DNA of 64,000 nt from Alphaproteobacteria bacterium (lineage in GTDB: Bacteria; Pseudomonadota; Alphaproteobacteria; GCA-2731375). Where the stretch lies: NCBI GenBank assembly GCA_965225945.1, contig CBDDBZ010000023.1:1-64000 (forward strand), given 5' to 3'. Each line of letters opens with the position of its first letter. The first letter of the stretch is position 1. Positions 1-9,538 of the stretch are shown in pieces. A program made the translations under genes and the position numbers. Below the pieces are notes generated by a model. That model saw only the letters and a list, made by a program, of their open reading frames with translations. It made no database searches and was not told where the DNA came from.

Positions 1-1
1 G

Positions 2-559
2 CTGATGGCGGCGGCGGTGGAACGCTTCGGCGCCCTTCACATTCTCTTCAACTGCGCCGGCGGCTCGGTGCTGGAGGACACCAACGTCACCGAGGTCGAG
101 ATGGAGGTCTGGGACCACACCATCTCGCTCGACCTCAAGGGACCGTTCCTCTGCGCCCGCCACGGCATCCCGAAAGTGATCGAGAGCGGCGGCGGCGCCG
201 TGATCAACGTCGCTTCCGTGGTGGCGCTTCGTGGCAACCATCCGGCGCACGTCTATTCGGCGGCCAAGGGCGGCATCATTTCCTTCACCCGCAGCCTCGC
301 CGGCGCCTATGCCGACCAAGGCGTGCGCGCCAACGTGATCTGCCCCGGGCTGGTCAAGACCGAACGGGTCAGGGCGCGCTACATCGAGCGGCGGCCCAAC
401 AGCAGCCGCAAGGGCGCGGTCGAAACTTTCCAGGAATATCCCTTCGGCGTCGGCGAGCCGGAGGACATCGCCAACATCGCCCTCTTCCTCGCTTCCGACG
501 AGTCTCGCATGGTCAACGGCGCGGTGATCCCGGCGGAAGGCGGGATATCGGCGTATTGA
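2..559 (+). CDS. SDR family oxidoreductase (5'-truncated by window edge)
   Basis: NCAG, NVASV, catalytic YSAAK, VRANVICPG, C-terminal G..I..EGG motifs. Confidence 0.9.
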   Translation: MMAAAVERFGALHILFNCAGGSVLEDTNVTEVEMEVWDHTISLDLKGPFLCARHGIPKVIESGGGAVINVASVVALRGNHPAHVYSAAKGGIISFTRSLAGAYADQGVRANVICPGLVKTERVRARYIERRPNSSRKGAVETFQEYPFGVGEPEDIANIALFLASDESRMVNGAVIPAEGGISAY

Positions 560-789
560 TCGTCGGCCGAAACATGGCCGGGCATGGCCTTCACGCGAGG
601 ATGGGTAGCGTCGCGAGATGGGAGTCGAAGGCGCCGGCCATGGGGTGCGGCCGGAGAAGCCCGGGGAGGTGAACCGCGGGGCGCGCGAATTTCCGCACAC
701 GCCTGATCTTTCGGCCATCGCGATACGGGCGTGGCCCCGCCGCGCGAATTTGCTATCCTGCGCCGGACGGTAAAGCCGAGGAGAACCAT

Positions 790-1308
790 ATGCGCATCGT
801 CAATCCATCCTTCGGCCTCGCGTCGGAAGCCGACGTGGAGAGCGAAACCCGGCCGGTCGATTGGTCGCGCGATTCCCTCATTCTGTTCGGCAACGCCAAG
901 CCCAACGCGCGGGAATTGCTCGAGGGCGTTCGCGCTTCGATGGCCGCCTTTCGCTCGATCGAGGAGATCGCGTTCGTCGCCAAGGACAGCCCGGCCCTGC
1001 CGGCGCCGCCGGAGATGATCGAGAACATCGCCCAAACCCATCGGGCGGCGCTTCTCGCGCTCGCGGATTGAGGCGCCTGCTCGTCGTGGAGTTTCCATGA
1101 CAGCATCGAACTCGAAAAGCGCGGTGTCGAGAGCTACCTGGTCACCACCAAGGTCTTCCTGCCGCTCGTCCTGGCCCAGGCCCGAGCGCGCAACGTCACG
1201 CCCAAGCTCCTGGTGGTGAGCCACCCGGTCGGCGGGCTGAACGCGGAGGAACTGGGCGAACGCATCGAGGTCGCGTCCGCCGGCCTCAGGGAGGCGATCG
1301 GCGTCTGA
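790..1308 (+). CDS. UGSC-family selenoprotein (Sec at UGA 1069-1071), 172 aa
   Basis: N-part has NAKPNARELL; in-frame TGA gives LAD-U-GACSSWSFHDSIELEKRGV...VVSHPVGG, open to TGA 1306-1308 with GC-typical codons; GAGGAG RBS; hairpin downstream of the UGA. Confidence 0.85.
1078..1105 (+). promoter_or_regulatory. Putative bacterial SECIS hairpin
   Basis: tgct-c-gtcgtgga [gtt] tccatgac-agca; G-first apical loop 19 nt after the UGA. Confidence 0.65.
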
Positions 1309-1412
1309 CGCGGCCGCGTGGCGATCCGCTGGGCCGCCCGATCGGTTGCCCAATGGGCCGCCGCTTCGGCGAGCCGTGAGGAATGCCGCGGGCGCGAGGG
1401 ACGGGGACGGGG

Positions 1413-2453
1413 ATGACGGATACGATCGATGCCGAGGTGATCGAGCTGGACGATCTCGGCCCCGGCGAGTGGAACGACTACGCTATCGAGCGGGGCTGGA
1501 GCGACGGCTTCCCGCTGGTGGCGCCGACGGAAGACGCGGTCGAGCGATTCATCGAGACCTGTCGCGGCGACAACGAGCCCCTCCCGCCGATGTCGCCCCG
1601 CCGGGTGATCCCGACGCTGCGGAGCCTCGCCGCCAACGCGGTCATGGCCGGTTGCCGGCCGGAATACTTCCCCGTCGTGGTGGCTGCGGCGCGGGCCGTG
1701 CTGAGGCCCGAATACAACCTCCACGGCGCGCTGGCGACGACGCATTCCTGCGCCCAGATGCTGCTGCTCAACGGGCCGCTGCGCGCGGCGCTGGAGATCA
1801 ACTGTTCCTCCAATTGCTTCGGCCAGGGCTGGCGGGCCAATGCCACCATCGGCCGGGCCCTGCAGTTGGTCCTGCTGAACATCGGCGGCGCCAAGCCCGG
1901 CGTGATGGACCGCTCGACCCAGGGCACACCGGCGAAATACGCCTTCTGCTTCGGCGAGAACGAGGAAGAGAGCCCGTGGGAGCCCTATCACGTGCGCCGG
2001 GGCTTCGCGGCGGGCGACAGCGTGGTGACGGCGATCCCCGCCGAGGCACCGCACAACATCAACGACCACGCCAGCACCACCGGCGAGGGCATCTTGACCA
2101 CGATCGCCGGCACGATCTCCCAGGTCGGTGCCAATTCGATCTATTGCACCGCGCCCTTCTTCGTGGTGCTGGGTCCGGAGCACGCCGCCACGATTCACCG
2201 CGACGGCTGGACCATTCCCGACATCCAGGCCCGCATCCATGAACAATCGGCGGTCCATGTCTCCCGCGTCTCGGAGGAGAACCAGGCGAGCTACGCAGGC
2301 ATGGAACGGCCGCTGGTCGGCGAGCATTACCCGCTGACGCCGACGCCGGAGGACATCCAAATCCTGGTCGCCGGCGGGCCAGGCAAGCATTCGGCCTACA
2401 TTCCCCCCTTCGGCTTCACGCAGGCCTGCTCCGTGCGCGTCGCCAACCTCTGA
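1413..2453 (+). CDS. Uncharacterised UGSC-associated protein (paralog 1)
   Basis: GWSDGFPLVAPT, AVMAGCRPEY, GWRANATIGRA, QGTPAKYAFCFGE, VAGGPG motifs; family typically found beside UGSC proteins. Confidence 0.75.
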   Translation: MTDTIDAEVIELDDLGPGEWNDYAIERGWSDGFPLVAPTEDAVERFIETCRGDNEPLPPMSPRRVIPTLRSLAANAVMAGCRPEYFPVVVAAARAVLRPEYNLHGALATTHSCAQMLLLNGPLRAALEINCSSNCFGQGWRANATIGRALQLVLLNIGGAKPGVMDRSTQGTPAKYAFCFGENEEESPWEPYHVRRGFAAGDSVVTAIPAEAPHNINDHASTTGEGILTTIAGTISQVGANSIYCTAPFFVVLGPEHAATIHRDGWTIPDIQARIHEQSAVHVSRVSEENQASYAGMERPLVGEHYPLTPTPEDIQILVAGGPGKHSAYIPPFGFTQACSVRVANL

Positions 2454-2466
2454 GGCGCCCCACTCC

Positions 2467-3438
2467 GTGGACGAACTGCCGGTCATTGCCGAGACGGTGG
2501 CCTGGGAAGCGGCCCAGGGCGAGCTCGAGGCCCGCGGCTTGAGCGACGGCCTGCCGTTGGTGCCGCCGACGCCGGCGCGACTCGAGGCGATGCTGGCCGG
2601 GGTCCGGGCGCCCGATCGCAGCCTTGGGCCGGTGCCGCCGCTGTTCGGTGAATTGACGGCACGATCGGTGGCATATATGTGCGTCCTCGCCGGTTGCCGA
2701 GCGGCCGAATTGCCGCTGGTTCTGAGCGCCGCCGAAGCCTGCCTGGCACCGGAGTTCAACCTGCTCGGCCTGCTGACCACCACGGGCACGCCGGCGGTGG
2801 CGGTGATCGCGCACGGGCCGCTCGGCGCCAAGTTGAAAATGAATGCCGCCACCAACTGCCTCGGGCCGGGCAACCGCGCCAACGCCTGCGTCGGCCGGGC
2901 GGTGAGCCTGGTGATGCGCAACATCGGCGGCGCCAGGGCCGGCGTCGGCGACATGGCGACCATGGGCCAGCCCGGCAAATACGGCTTCTGCTTCGCCGAG
3001 AGCGAGGAGACGATCGTGCCGCCGCTGCACGTGCGCCGCGGTCTCGAGGCGGGGCTGGGCGCGGTCACGGTGCTCGGCGTCTCGGGCACAATCGAGGTGC
3101 TCCCGGACGGCGCGGGCGACAGCGCGGAAGCCGTGCTCGATCCCCTCGCCAGGGTGATGGCGGCGGCGCTCGCCGTCTCGGGCGCGGCCAAGGGTCGGGA
3201 TCGGGGCGAGCAGGTGTTTCTGTTGCCGCCGGAGCTGGCGCAGCGGCTGCGGGATCACGGCTGGGACCTCGCCCGGATCCAGGCGCATTTGTTCGAGCGC
3301 GCCGAGGCGCCGGCGTCCGCGCCCGAGGCGATCCACCCGGTGGTGACGGGCGGTGCTGGGGTGAAGATGACCCACCTGCCGCTCTGGGGCGGCGGCACGA
3401 TCCCCCGGACGCGCGCGCTTCTCGATCCGGGCGCTTGA
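2467..3438 (+). CDS. Uncharacterised UGSC-associated protein (paralog 2)
   Basis: GLSDGLPLVPPT, VLAGC, GNRANACVGRA, GQPGKYGFCFAE, VTGGAG; clearly homologous to the upstream ORF. Confidence 0.75.
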   Translation: MDELPVIAETVAWEAAQGELEARGLSDGLPLVPPTPARLEAMLAGVRAPDRSLGPVPPLFGELTARSVAYMCVLAGCRAAELPLVLSAAEACLAPEFNLLGLLTTTGTPAVAVIAHGPLGAKLKMNAATNCLGPGNRANACVGRAVSLVMRNIGGARAGVGDMATMGQPGKYGFCFAESEETIVPPLHVRRGLEAGLGAVTVLGVSGTIEVLPDGAGDSAEAVLDPLARVMAAALAVSGAAKGRDRGEQVFLLPPELAQRLRDHGWDLARIQAHLFERAEAPASAPEAIHPVVTGGAGVKMTHLPLWGGGTIPRTRALLDPGA

Positions 3439-3452
3439 TCGACGCTGTGGCC

Positions 3453-3481
3453 TTGACGGCCCGCGCGGCGTTCGCTATTGC
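3453..3481 (+). promoter_or_regulatory. Putative sigma70 promoter of the tRNA
   Basis: TTGACG-N17-TATTGC about 37 nt upstream of the tRNA. Confidence 0.4.
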
Positions 3482-3517
3482 GGACGGCGCGGACGCTCGC
3501 CGTCCATGCGCCCATGT

Positions 3518-3592
3518 GCCGCCGTAGCTCAGGGGTAGAGCACACCCTTGGTAAGGGTGGGGTCGAGTGTTCAATTCACTCCGGCGGCACCA
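3518..3592 (+). tRNA. tRNA-Thr(GGT)
   Basis: Acceptor GCCGCCG/CGGCGGC-ACCA, D-arm TAGCTCAGGGGTAGAGC, anticodon arm CACCC-TTGGTAA-GGGTG, T-loop GTTCAATTC. Confidence 0.97.
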
Positions 3593-3737
3593 TCAACTCC
3601 TTGTTTTATAAGGGGTCTCGTCTGGGCGGCAAGACGCAAAACGACGGTACCTCGTCGGAACATCCGGGCCGTGACGTGTCAATTTCGAGACATTCATCCC
3701 GGCGGTTAGGAGCGCGTTCCACCGCTACGAACATTAT

Positions 3738-4731
3738 CTAATTCTCGCTTCTGAAATGGAATGATTCCAACGACACGGTATAACGGCTATCGTCGCCGTG
3801 ATAGCGAATACAGTATTTGGTGGGGTAGGAGCCCGCGATCTCCCAGACTCGTGGCATCTTCAGGTCCGCGCACATCGTGGGTCGGCTGGCCAGATAGGCG
3901 CGCGTGATCATCGGCTCGTAGAAGGTGATGTGGCCGTCGAAGGCGCCAAAAATGAAGGTATGGGTAAATGGCGGGCCGTTCTTCGCCAGTTCGGGCGACT
4001 TGGCGTCGATGAGGTGATTGCCCATATCCGGGACCGCGGCACCGACATCGATGTGATCGCGATGGCGGTATTTCGCCGGCACCGGCTTTTGAGCCCGCTC
4101 GAAGTCGCCGCAGTCGATGAGTTCGCTGCATTTGCCCGCTCGGATCGCGCGTACGGCCTCGCGTTCTTGGATATAGAAGTGAAAACCGAAATGCGGAACC
4201 GCCCAGGGCGGCGGTGCGGGATGTGGGTGGCCTGCTGGATTCCAGTTGACTCCGATCCACTTGAACGGTGCGTCGGTACGGCTGGTCAATTCATCGGGCA
4301 AGAGCAAAGATCAGCTCGTAGTCGCCGTTGCATTCGCCCTTCGCGTCGATCTTGCCGTTGCCGTTCTTGTCGAAGCAGCGGCTGTATGTATTGGGGACGC
4401 GCGGTAAACCTTCGAGCATGGCTTCCTCGAAGCTGACGCCGAGCGCCTGTAGCTTGCCGTCGGCTTCGAATTCCATGTAGACCCGGGCGGAGCCATTGCC
4501 CAGCGCCCGCCCGCCGTCGTAGATGGTCTCCGCACTCGCCGTCCGCGTCGTCAACGAGATCGTGACAAGTACAGCGCCAAGTATCGGCAATACATCGCTC
4601 GGCCTCGGGGCGGAGCCATTGCCCAGCGCCCGCCCGCCGTCGTAGATGGTCTCCGCACTCGCCGTCCGCGTCGTCAACGAGATCGTGACAAGTACAGCGC
4701 CAAGTATCGGCAATACATCGCTCGGCCTCAT
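3738..4731 (-). pseudogene. DUF5602-like exported protein, frameshifted near 4300 and carrying a 123-bp N-terminal duplication
   Basis: Two overlapping ORFs (4291-4788, 3738-4307); NWNPAGHP, PHFxFHFY, VPDMGNH, TFIFG, FYEPMIT motifs. Confidence 0.65.
4485..4729. repeat. Exact 123-bp-period tandem duplication
   Basis: 4485-4606 repeated at 4608-4729; duplicates the signal-peptide region in frame. Confidence 0.95.
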
Positions 4732-5131
4732 CGCTTTCTCCTTGCCTCGTTCCTCGAGCTTCCCGGATTGCCTACATAGACGTCGCAAACTTACCTCGGC
4801 AACCGTCGGCCACGAGATTTCGCCTGGCTTGCCCGCCGGCCAAACATTCTAATTCTCCAACAGCTGGGCGAGGTAGTCTAGCGCGATGGTGAAGGGCGGA
4901 ACAGGGGGTCGTCCATGCCACCTGAATGCCGGACGATGTTCACGCCTCTTCGCAAACGCCGACGACGACTCCAGCACCCGAACCCTCGCCCTGAATTTCA
5001 GGTGTCGGTTTTTATCACTTTCGCAAGCTCATCGAGCTGGGTTGTGCCAATGAATTTGAGGAGGTAATATATCCCTCCTTGATGGTGGAGTTCCGGTAAT
5101 CAAAAGCAAATGGAAGGATGGGAGATTCGCA

Positions 5132-6001
5132 ATGGTGATGGCAAGCAACAATATCATCATCGAAGCGTGGAACACGGTGCTGTTCGATAAGTTCACTCGA
5201 TTTAAACACTTGATGATAGGTGGACTCTCGGCCCATTCCGACGCCGCATTCGTCCGGCACCCACCTCCGGACGATGCTCGCGTGCTTGATGTGGGATGCG
5301 GCTTCGGCGATAGCGCCATACGCATATCCCAGGAACTGGCGCCGAACAGTGAAGTCATCGGTGTTGATTGTGCGCGCAACTTCGTGGATGCCGCGACGAG
5401 TGAAGCCGAGAAGATGGGGGCGACGAATGCATCGTTCTTCGTCGCGGACGTCCAGCTCGACGATCTCGGAGGGCCTTACGACTTTGCGTTTTCGCGATTT
5501 GGCACGATGTTTTTCACCTCACCGGGCGCCGCTCTCGGCAACATTCGAAAGTCGCTTCTGCCGGGGGGTGGGTTGATACAGATCGTCTGGCGTAAACGCG
5601 AGGACAACCCGTGGCTCTTCGAGGCCGAACAGCGGGTCAAGCAGATCGTGCCCGTGGTCTCCCACGAAGAGACCGACGAAGTCCATTGTGGTCCTGGCCC
5701 GTTTTCAATGGCCGACGCGGACATGGTGAGCAGCATGATGCAAGCCGTGGGCTACGATCAGGTTGCCTTCGAGCGCCATGATGCCGACATCTGTATCGGC
5801 AGGGATGTCGAGGAGGCAATCGAGTTCGCGATGGCGTTGGGACCGGCCGGCGAGATCATTCGCCTCGCCGGTGAAGAGGGTGAAAGACTCGAGCCAGCGG
5901 TCATTACAGCGTTGCGAGAAACCTTGACGCCGTATCTGCAGGATACCGGTGTATGGGCGCCGTCGAGCGCCTGGTTCATCACGGCCCGTAATCCCGACTA
6001 A
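5132..6001 (+). CDS. Class I SAM-dependent methyltransferase
   Basis: VLDVGCGFG, GVD, SRFGTMFF, GPGPFSMAD. Confidence 0.85.
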   Translation: MVMASNNIIIEAWNTVLFDKFTRFKHLMIGGLSAHSDAAFVRHPPPDDARVLDVGCGFGDSAIRISQELAPNSEVIGVDCARNFVDAATSEAEKMGATNASFFVADVQLDDLGGPYDFAFSRFGTMFFTSPGAALGNIRKSLLPGGGLIQIVWRKREDNPWLFEAEQRVKQIVPVVSHEETDEVHCGPGPFSMADADMVSSMMQAVGYDQVAFERHDADICIGRDVEEAIEFAMALGPAGEIIRLAGEEGERLEPAVITALRETLTPYLQDTGVWAPSSAWFITARNPD

Positions 6002-6092
6002 AGCCGGCGACGGCCTTCCACGACGATGGCGATCGCGCCTATTTCGGCCTCTCGGCCGAGGCGCAGGGCGGTCCGGTTCACGTCCATCGGCC

Positions 6093-6932
6093 TTATTTCA
6101 CATGGAACAGCCGCTCGCCGGCGATGGTGTAGCCTTCGATCGCCGCGCGTCCCTCCGCCGACAGCAGCCAATCGATGAAGCGCTGTCCCCAGGCCGCCTT
6201 GACGTGGGCGTGGCGGTCCGGGTTCACCAGGATCACGCCATAGTCATTGCGCAACCGGGCGTCGCCCTGGGAATGGGCGACCAGATCGCGCTTGTTGCGA
6301 AAGCCGAGCCAGGTGCCGCGGTCGGTCAGCGTATAGGCCCCCAGCGCGGCCGCCAGGTTCAGCGTTGCCCCCATGCCGGAGCCGGTCTCGCGGTACCACC
6401 CGCCGGAACTCCGCCCGGGGTCGATGCCGCTCGCCCGCCAGAGCGTCAATTCACGGCTGTGCGTGCCGCTGTCGTCGCCACGCGAGGCGAAGAGCGCCGA
6501 GGCAGCCGCGATTCGGCCGAGCGCGGCGACGACATCGCTCTCGCCGTCGATGCTGGCCGGATCGTCGCGCGGGCCGACCAGAAGGAAATCGTTGTACATC
6601 AAATCGTGGCGGGCACGACCATGACCCTCCCGGACGAAGGCCTCCTCCGAGGGACGGTGATGCACGATCAGGACGTCCGCGTCGCCGTTGCGGGCGAGGC
6701 GCAGCGCCGCCCCGGTGCCGACGGCGACGACCCGCACCTCGATGCGACTTCGCGCCCGGAAACGCGGCAGGATGTGGTCGAAAAGCCCCGAATTCTGGGT
6801 CGAGGTCGTCGAGGCGAGGATGATGTAACGATTCCCCTCGGCGCGCGCGGCGATACTGCCCAGAACCAGGCCCAGGACGACCAGGAAGAGCCGCGGCCGG
6901 AGCCGGTCGAGGGCGCGCGCCAGCGCCATCAT
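6093..6932 (-). CDS. tupA: Tungstate ABC transporter substrate-binding protein
   Basis: STTSTQNSGL, VGTGAAL, SRGDDSGTH, GMGATL, DRGTW. Confidence 0.9.
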   Translation of the reverse strand: MMALARALDRLRPRLFLVVLGLVLGSIAARAEGNRYIILASTTSTQNSGLFDHILPRFRARSRIEVRVVAVGTGAALRLARNGDADVLIVHHRPSEEAFVREGHGRARHDLMYNDFLLVGPRDDPASIDGESDVVAALGRIAAASALFASRGDDSGTHSRELTLWRASGIDPGRSSGGWYRETGSGMGATLNLAAALGAYTLTDRGTWLGFRNKRDLVAHSQGDARLRNDYGVILVNPDRHAHVKAAWGQRFIDWLLSAEGRAAIEGYTIAGERLFHVK

Positions 6933-7693
6933 CGGCATTCGATTCCGTCGTAGATCGCGCGTCGACGCCACCAGAGCGGCTCGCCGTCGAGGAAGGCCTG
7001 GGCCAGGTCGTTCTGGGGGCCGGCGAAGAAACGCTCGGTGGGCGCGCGTTCCTTGATGCGGCCCCGGTGGAGGAAGATCACCTCGTCCGCCAGGCGGCGA
7101 ACCTGGTTCAGGTCATGGCTCGTCATGATGATCTTGACCCCGTCCGCCGCCGCGCGAGATACCAGCTCCTCCACCAGGTGTCCCCCCTCCGGATCCAAGT
7201 TGGCGGTCGGCTCGTCCAGGAACAGCACGCGCGGGCGCAGCACCAGGGCCCGAGCCAGTGCCAGGCGTTGCTGCTCGCCGAACGAGAGCGCGCGGGCCGG
7301 CGCGTCGGCCAGCCGCGCGAGCCCGGTCTTGGCCAACATCGCCTCGATCCGGGCGTCGCGCTCGGGCCCGCCGACGCCGCGGGCGCGAAGCGCGAAAGCG
7401 AGGTTGGCCCGGGCCGAGCGGCGCAGCAGGGTCGGACGCTGGAACACCATCGCTTGGTGGCGCTCGGCGCCGGCGGCCGCGCCCCGCCAGCGCACCTCGC
7501 CCGCGTCCGGCGCGATCAGGCCGTGACAGACCCTGAGCAATAGACTCTTGCCGGCGCCGTTGGGCCCGATCACGAGGGTCCGCTCCGGCGTGGCCTCGAA
7601 GCGGCAGTCGATGTCCTTGAGGACCCGCTTGCGACCCCGTGTCAAGGAGACGCCGCACAGTTCCAACGGCAGGATATCGTCGCCTCCGCTCAT
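6929..7693 (-). CDS. tupC: Tungstate ABC transporter ATPase
   Basis: GPNGAGKS, LSFGEQQR, LDEPT; ATGA overlaps with neighbours. Confidence 0.88.
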   Translation of the reverse strand: MSGGDDILPLELCGVSLTRGRKRVLKDIDCRFEATPERTLVIGPNGAGKSLLLRVCHGLIAPDAGEVRWRGAAAGAERHQAMVFQRPTLLRRSARANLAFALRARGVGGPERDARIEAMLAKTGLARLADAPARALSFGEQQRLALARALVLRPRVLFLDEPTANLDPEGGHLVEELVSRAAADGVKIIMTSHDLNQVRRLADEVIFLHRGRIKERAPTERFFAGPQNDLAQAFLDGEPLWWRRRAIYDGIECR

Positions 7694-8397
7694 CGCGCGC
7701 TTCTCGCCTCCGCCACCTCTTTCAGCCCATAGGCCGCGACGTTCACCGCCAGCGCCAGAAAAATCAGCACGATTCCCAGGGCCAGGGCCAAGCTCAGATT
7801 ACCCTTGGAGACCTCGAGGGCGATCGCGGTCGTCATCACGCGGGTCACGTGGTCGATGTTGCCGCCGACGATCATCACCCCGCCGACCTCGGCGATCGCC
7901 CGCCCGAAGCCCGCCAGAAGCGCCGTCACGAGCGCGAAGCGGGCATCCCACAGCACGGCGACCAGCGCCGCCGCCGGCGGCACGGCGAGGGAACGAAAGG
8001 TCTCGCGATATTCCTCCCACAAGCTCTCGATGACCTGGCGCGCGAGGGAGGACACGATCGGCACGACCAAGACGACCTGGGCCACGATCATCGCCGCCGG
8101 GGTGAACAGTAGCCCGAAGACGCCGAGCGGCCCGGCGCGCGAGAACATCAGATAGACCATCAGGCCCACCACCACCGGCGGCAGCCCCATCAGAACGTTC
8201 AGCGTCACGATCGCGAGGCGCCGGCCCCGAAACCGCTGCAAGGCCAGCGCCGCGCCGATCGGCAGGCCGATGATCGCCGCAACCAGGACCGCGCTCAGAG
8301 AAACCTCGAGCGACAGCAGCACGATCTCCAGAAGCCGCGCGTCCATCCCGACCAGGAGGGTGACGGCCGATCGGACCGCTTGCCAAATCTCGTCCAT
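7690..8397 (-). CDS. tupB: Tungstate ABC transporter permease
   Basis: GLPPVVVGL, GFGRAIAEVG, GGNI...TRVMTTAIALE. Confidence 0.9.
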   Translation of the reverse strand: MDEIWQAVRSAVTLLVGMDARLLEIVLLSLEVSLSAVLVAAIIGLPIGAALALQRFRGRRLAIVTLNVLMGLPPVVVGLMVYLMFSRAGPLGVFGLLFTPAAMIVAQVVLVVPIVSSLARQVIESLWEEYRETFRSLAVPPAAALVAVLWDARFALVTALLAGFGRAIAEVGGVMIVGGNIDHVTRVMTTAIALEVSKGNLSLALALGIVLIFLALAVNVAAYGLKEVAEARSAR

Positions 8398-8413
8398 CTA
8401 ATCCGCGACGGCG

Positions 8414-8539
8414 TCAGCCCTCGCCGTCGCCGTCGTCTTCGCCGTCGAAGCGGCCGGCGAGATCGTCCGCGGTCGTGCGCGGCCCCAGGGTCAAGGCGAG
8501 GCGATCACGATCGGAGACGAAGCGCCGGTCGTCCTGCAT
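8414..8539 (-). CDS. Putative 41-aa acidic small protein directly upstream of tupB
   Basis: MQDDRRFVSDRDRLALTLGPRTTADDLAGRFDGEDDGDGEG*; GAGG 8 nt before the ATG; GC3-rich codons. Confidence 0.35.
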   Translation of the reverse strand: MQDDRRFVSDRDRLALTLGPRTTADDLAGRFDGEDDGDGEG

Positions 8540-8706
8540 GTTTCAGGCCTCGATGCCCCGCCGCCTGGCACCACGTCCCCTCGGCTAAGTCGGGGCGTCG
8601 TGCCGGCCATTTTGCTGCGAAGCTTGCGACGGATGCAAGATCGCTTCCGGTTTTCCGCGACTGGCCGAGAACAATCGAAGCATGTCCGCCCCCGCCGGCG
8701 CGGCGC

Positions 8707-9375
8707 CTATTCCGCCACGGGCACGCCGAGATCGAGACCGACCGGGCAGGCGACGCCGGTGCCGCCGATGCCGCAATAGCCGTTCGGCACCTTGGCCAAG
8801 TACTGCTGGTGGTAGTCCTCGGCGTAATAATATTCCGGCGCGTCCAGGATCTCCGTCGTCACCGCGCCGAAGCGGTGGCGCGCCAGCGCCCCCCGGTAGG
8901 CCTCGCGCGAGGCCTCGGCAATGCGGCGCTGCGCCGGCGAATAGACGTAGATGCCCGAGCGATATTGCGTGCCGACGTCGTTTCCCTGGCGCATGCCCTG
9001 GGTCGGATCATGGTTCTCCCAGAAGGCGCGGAGCGCATCCTCGTAAGCGATCTCGGCCGGGTCGAAGACCACGCGGACCACCTCGTTGTGGCCGGTGAGG
9101 CCGGAGCAGACCTCCTGGTAGGTGGGGTTGGGCGTATGACCGGCGGCGTAGCCGACCGAGGTCGAGAACACGCCGGCGGTCTGCCAGAAAATCCGCTCGG
9201 CCCCCCAGAAGCAGCCCATGCCGAAGAGCGCCAGCTCGAGATGATCGGGAAACGGCGGCGAGAGCGGTGCGCCGGTGACCGTGTGCGCCGCCGGCACCGC
9301 CATCGCCTCGGCCCGTCCGGGGAGCGCGCGATCCGGCTCCGGCAATTTCAACTTGGTATCGGAGAACCACCCCAT
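8707..9375 (-). CDS. msrA: Peptide-methionine (S)-S-oxide reductase
   Basis: [35 protein letters not shown]. Confidence 0.97.
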   Translation of the reverse strand: MGWFSDTKLKLPEPDRALPGRAEAMAVPAAHTVTGAPLSPPFPDHLELALFGMGCFWGAERIFWQTAGVFSTSVGYAAGHTPNPTYQEVCSGLTGHNEVVRVVFDPAEIAYEDALRAFWENHDPTQGMRQGNDVGTQYRSGIYVYSPAQRRIAEASREAYRGALARHRFGAVTTEILDAPEYYYAEDYHQQYLAKVPNGYCGIGGTGVACPVGLDLGVPVAE

Positions 9376-9538
9376 CTCGGCCACTCCCTCGTTGTCGTCC
9401 ATCGCCTGGACCATATGTCCGCCCGAAGGCGCCGCCGCAAGGATGATATCAGCTTTGCCGGTCCCGATGCGCGCCCTTGCGGAACATGCCACGGCCCTCG
9501 AAACCCGCCACCTGCGCCGCCGCGCGACAATCGCGACT

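Noticed and set aside
680-752. Repeated GCGCGAATTT upstream of the selenoprotein gene
   Set aside because: Two 10-bp copies are too little evidence to call an operator
3580-3592. attR duplicate of the tRNA 3' end
   Set aside because: Only short CGGCGGCACC matches inside coding genes were seen; no integrase
8707-9375. Selenocysteine-containing MsrA
   Set aside because: Catalytic motif is ordinary GCFWG
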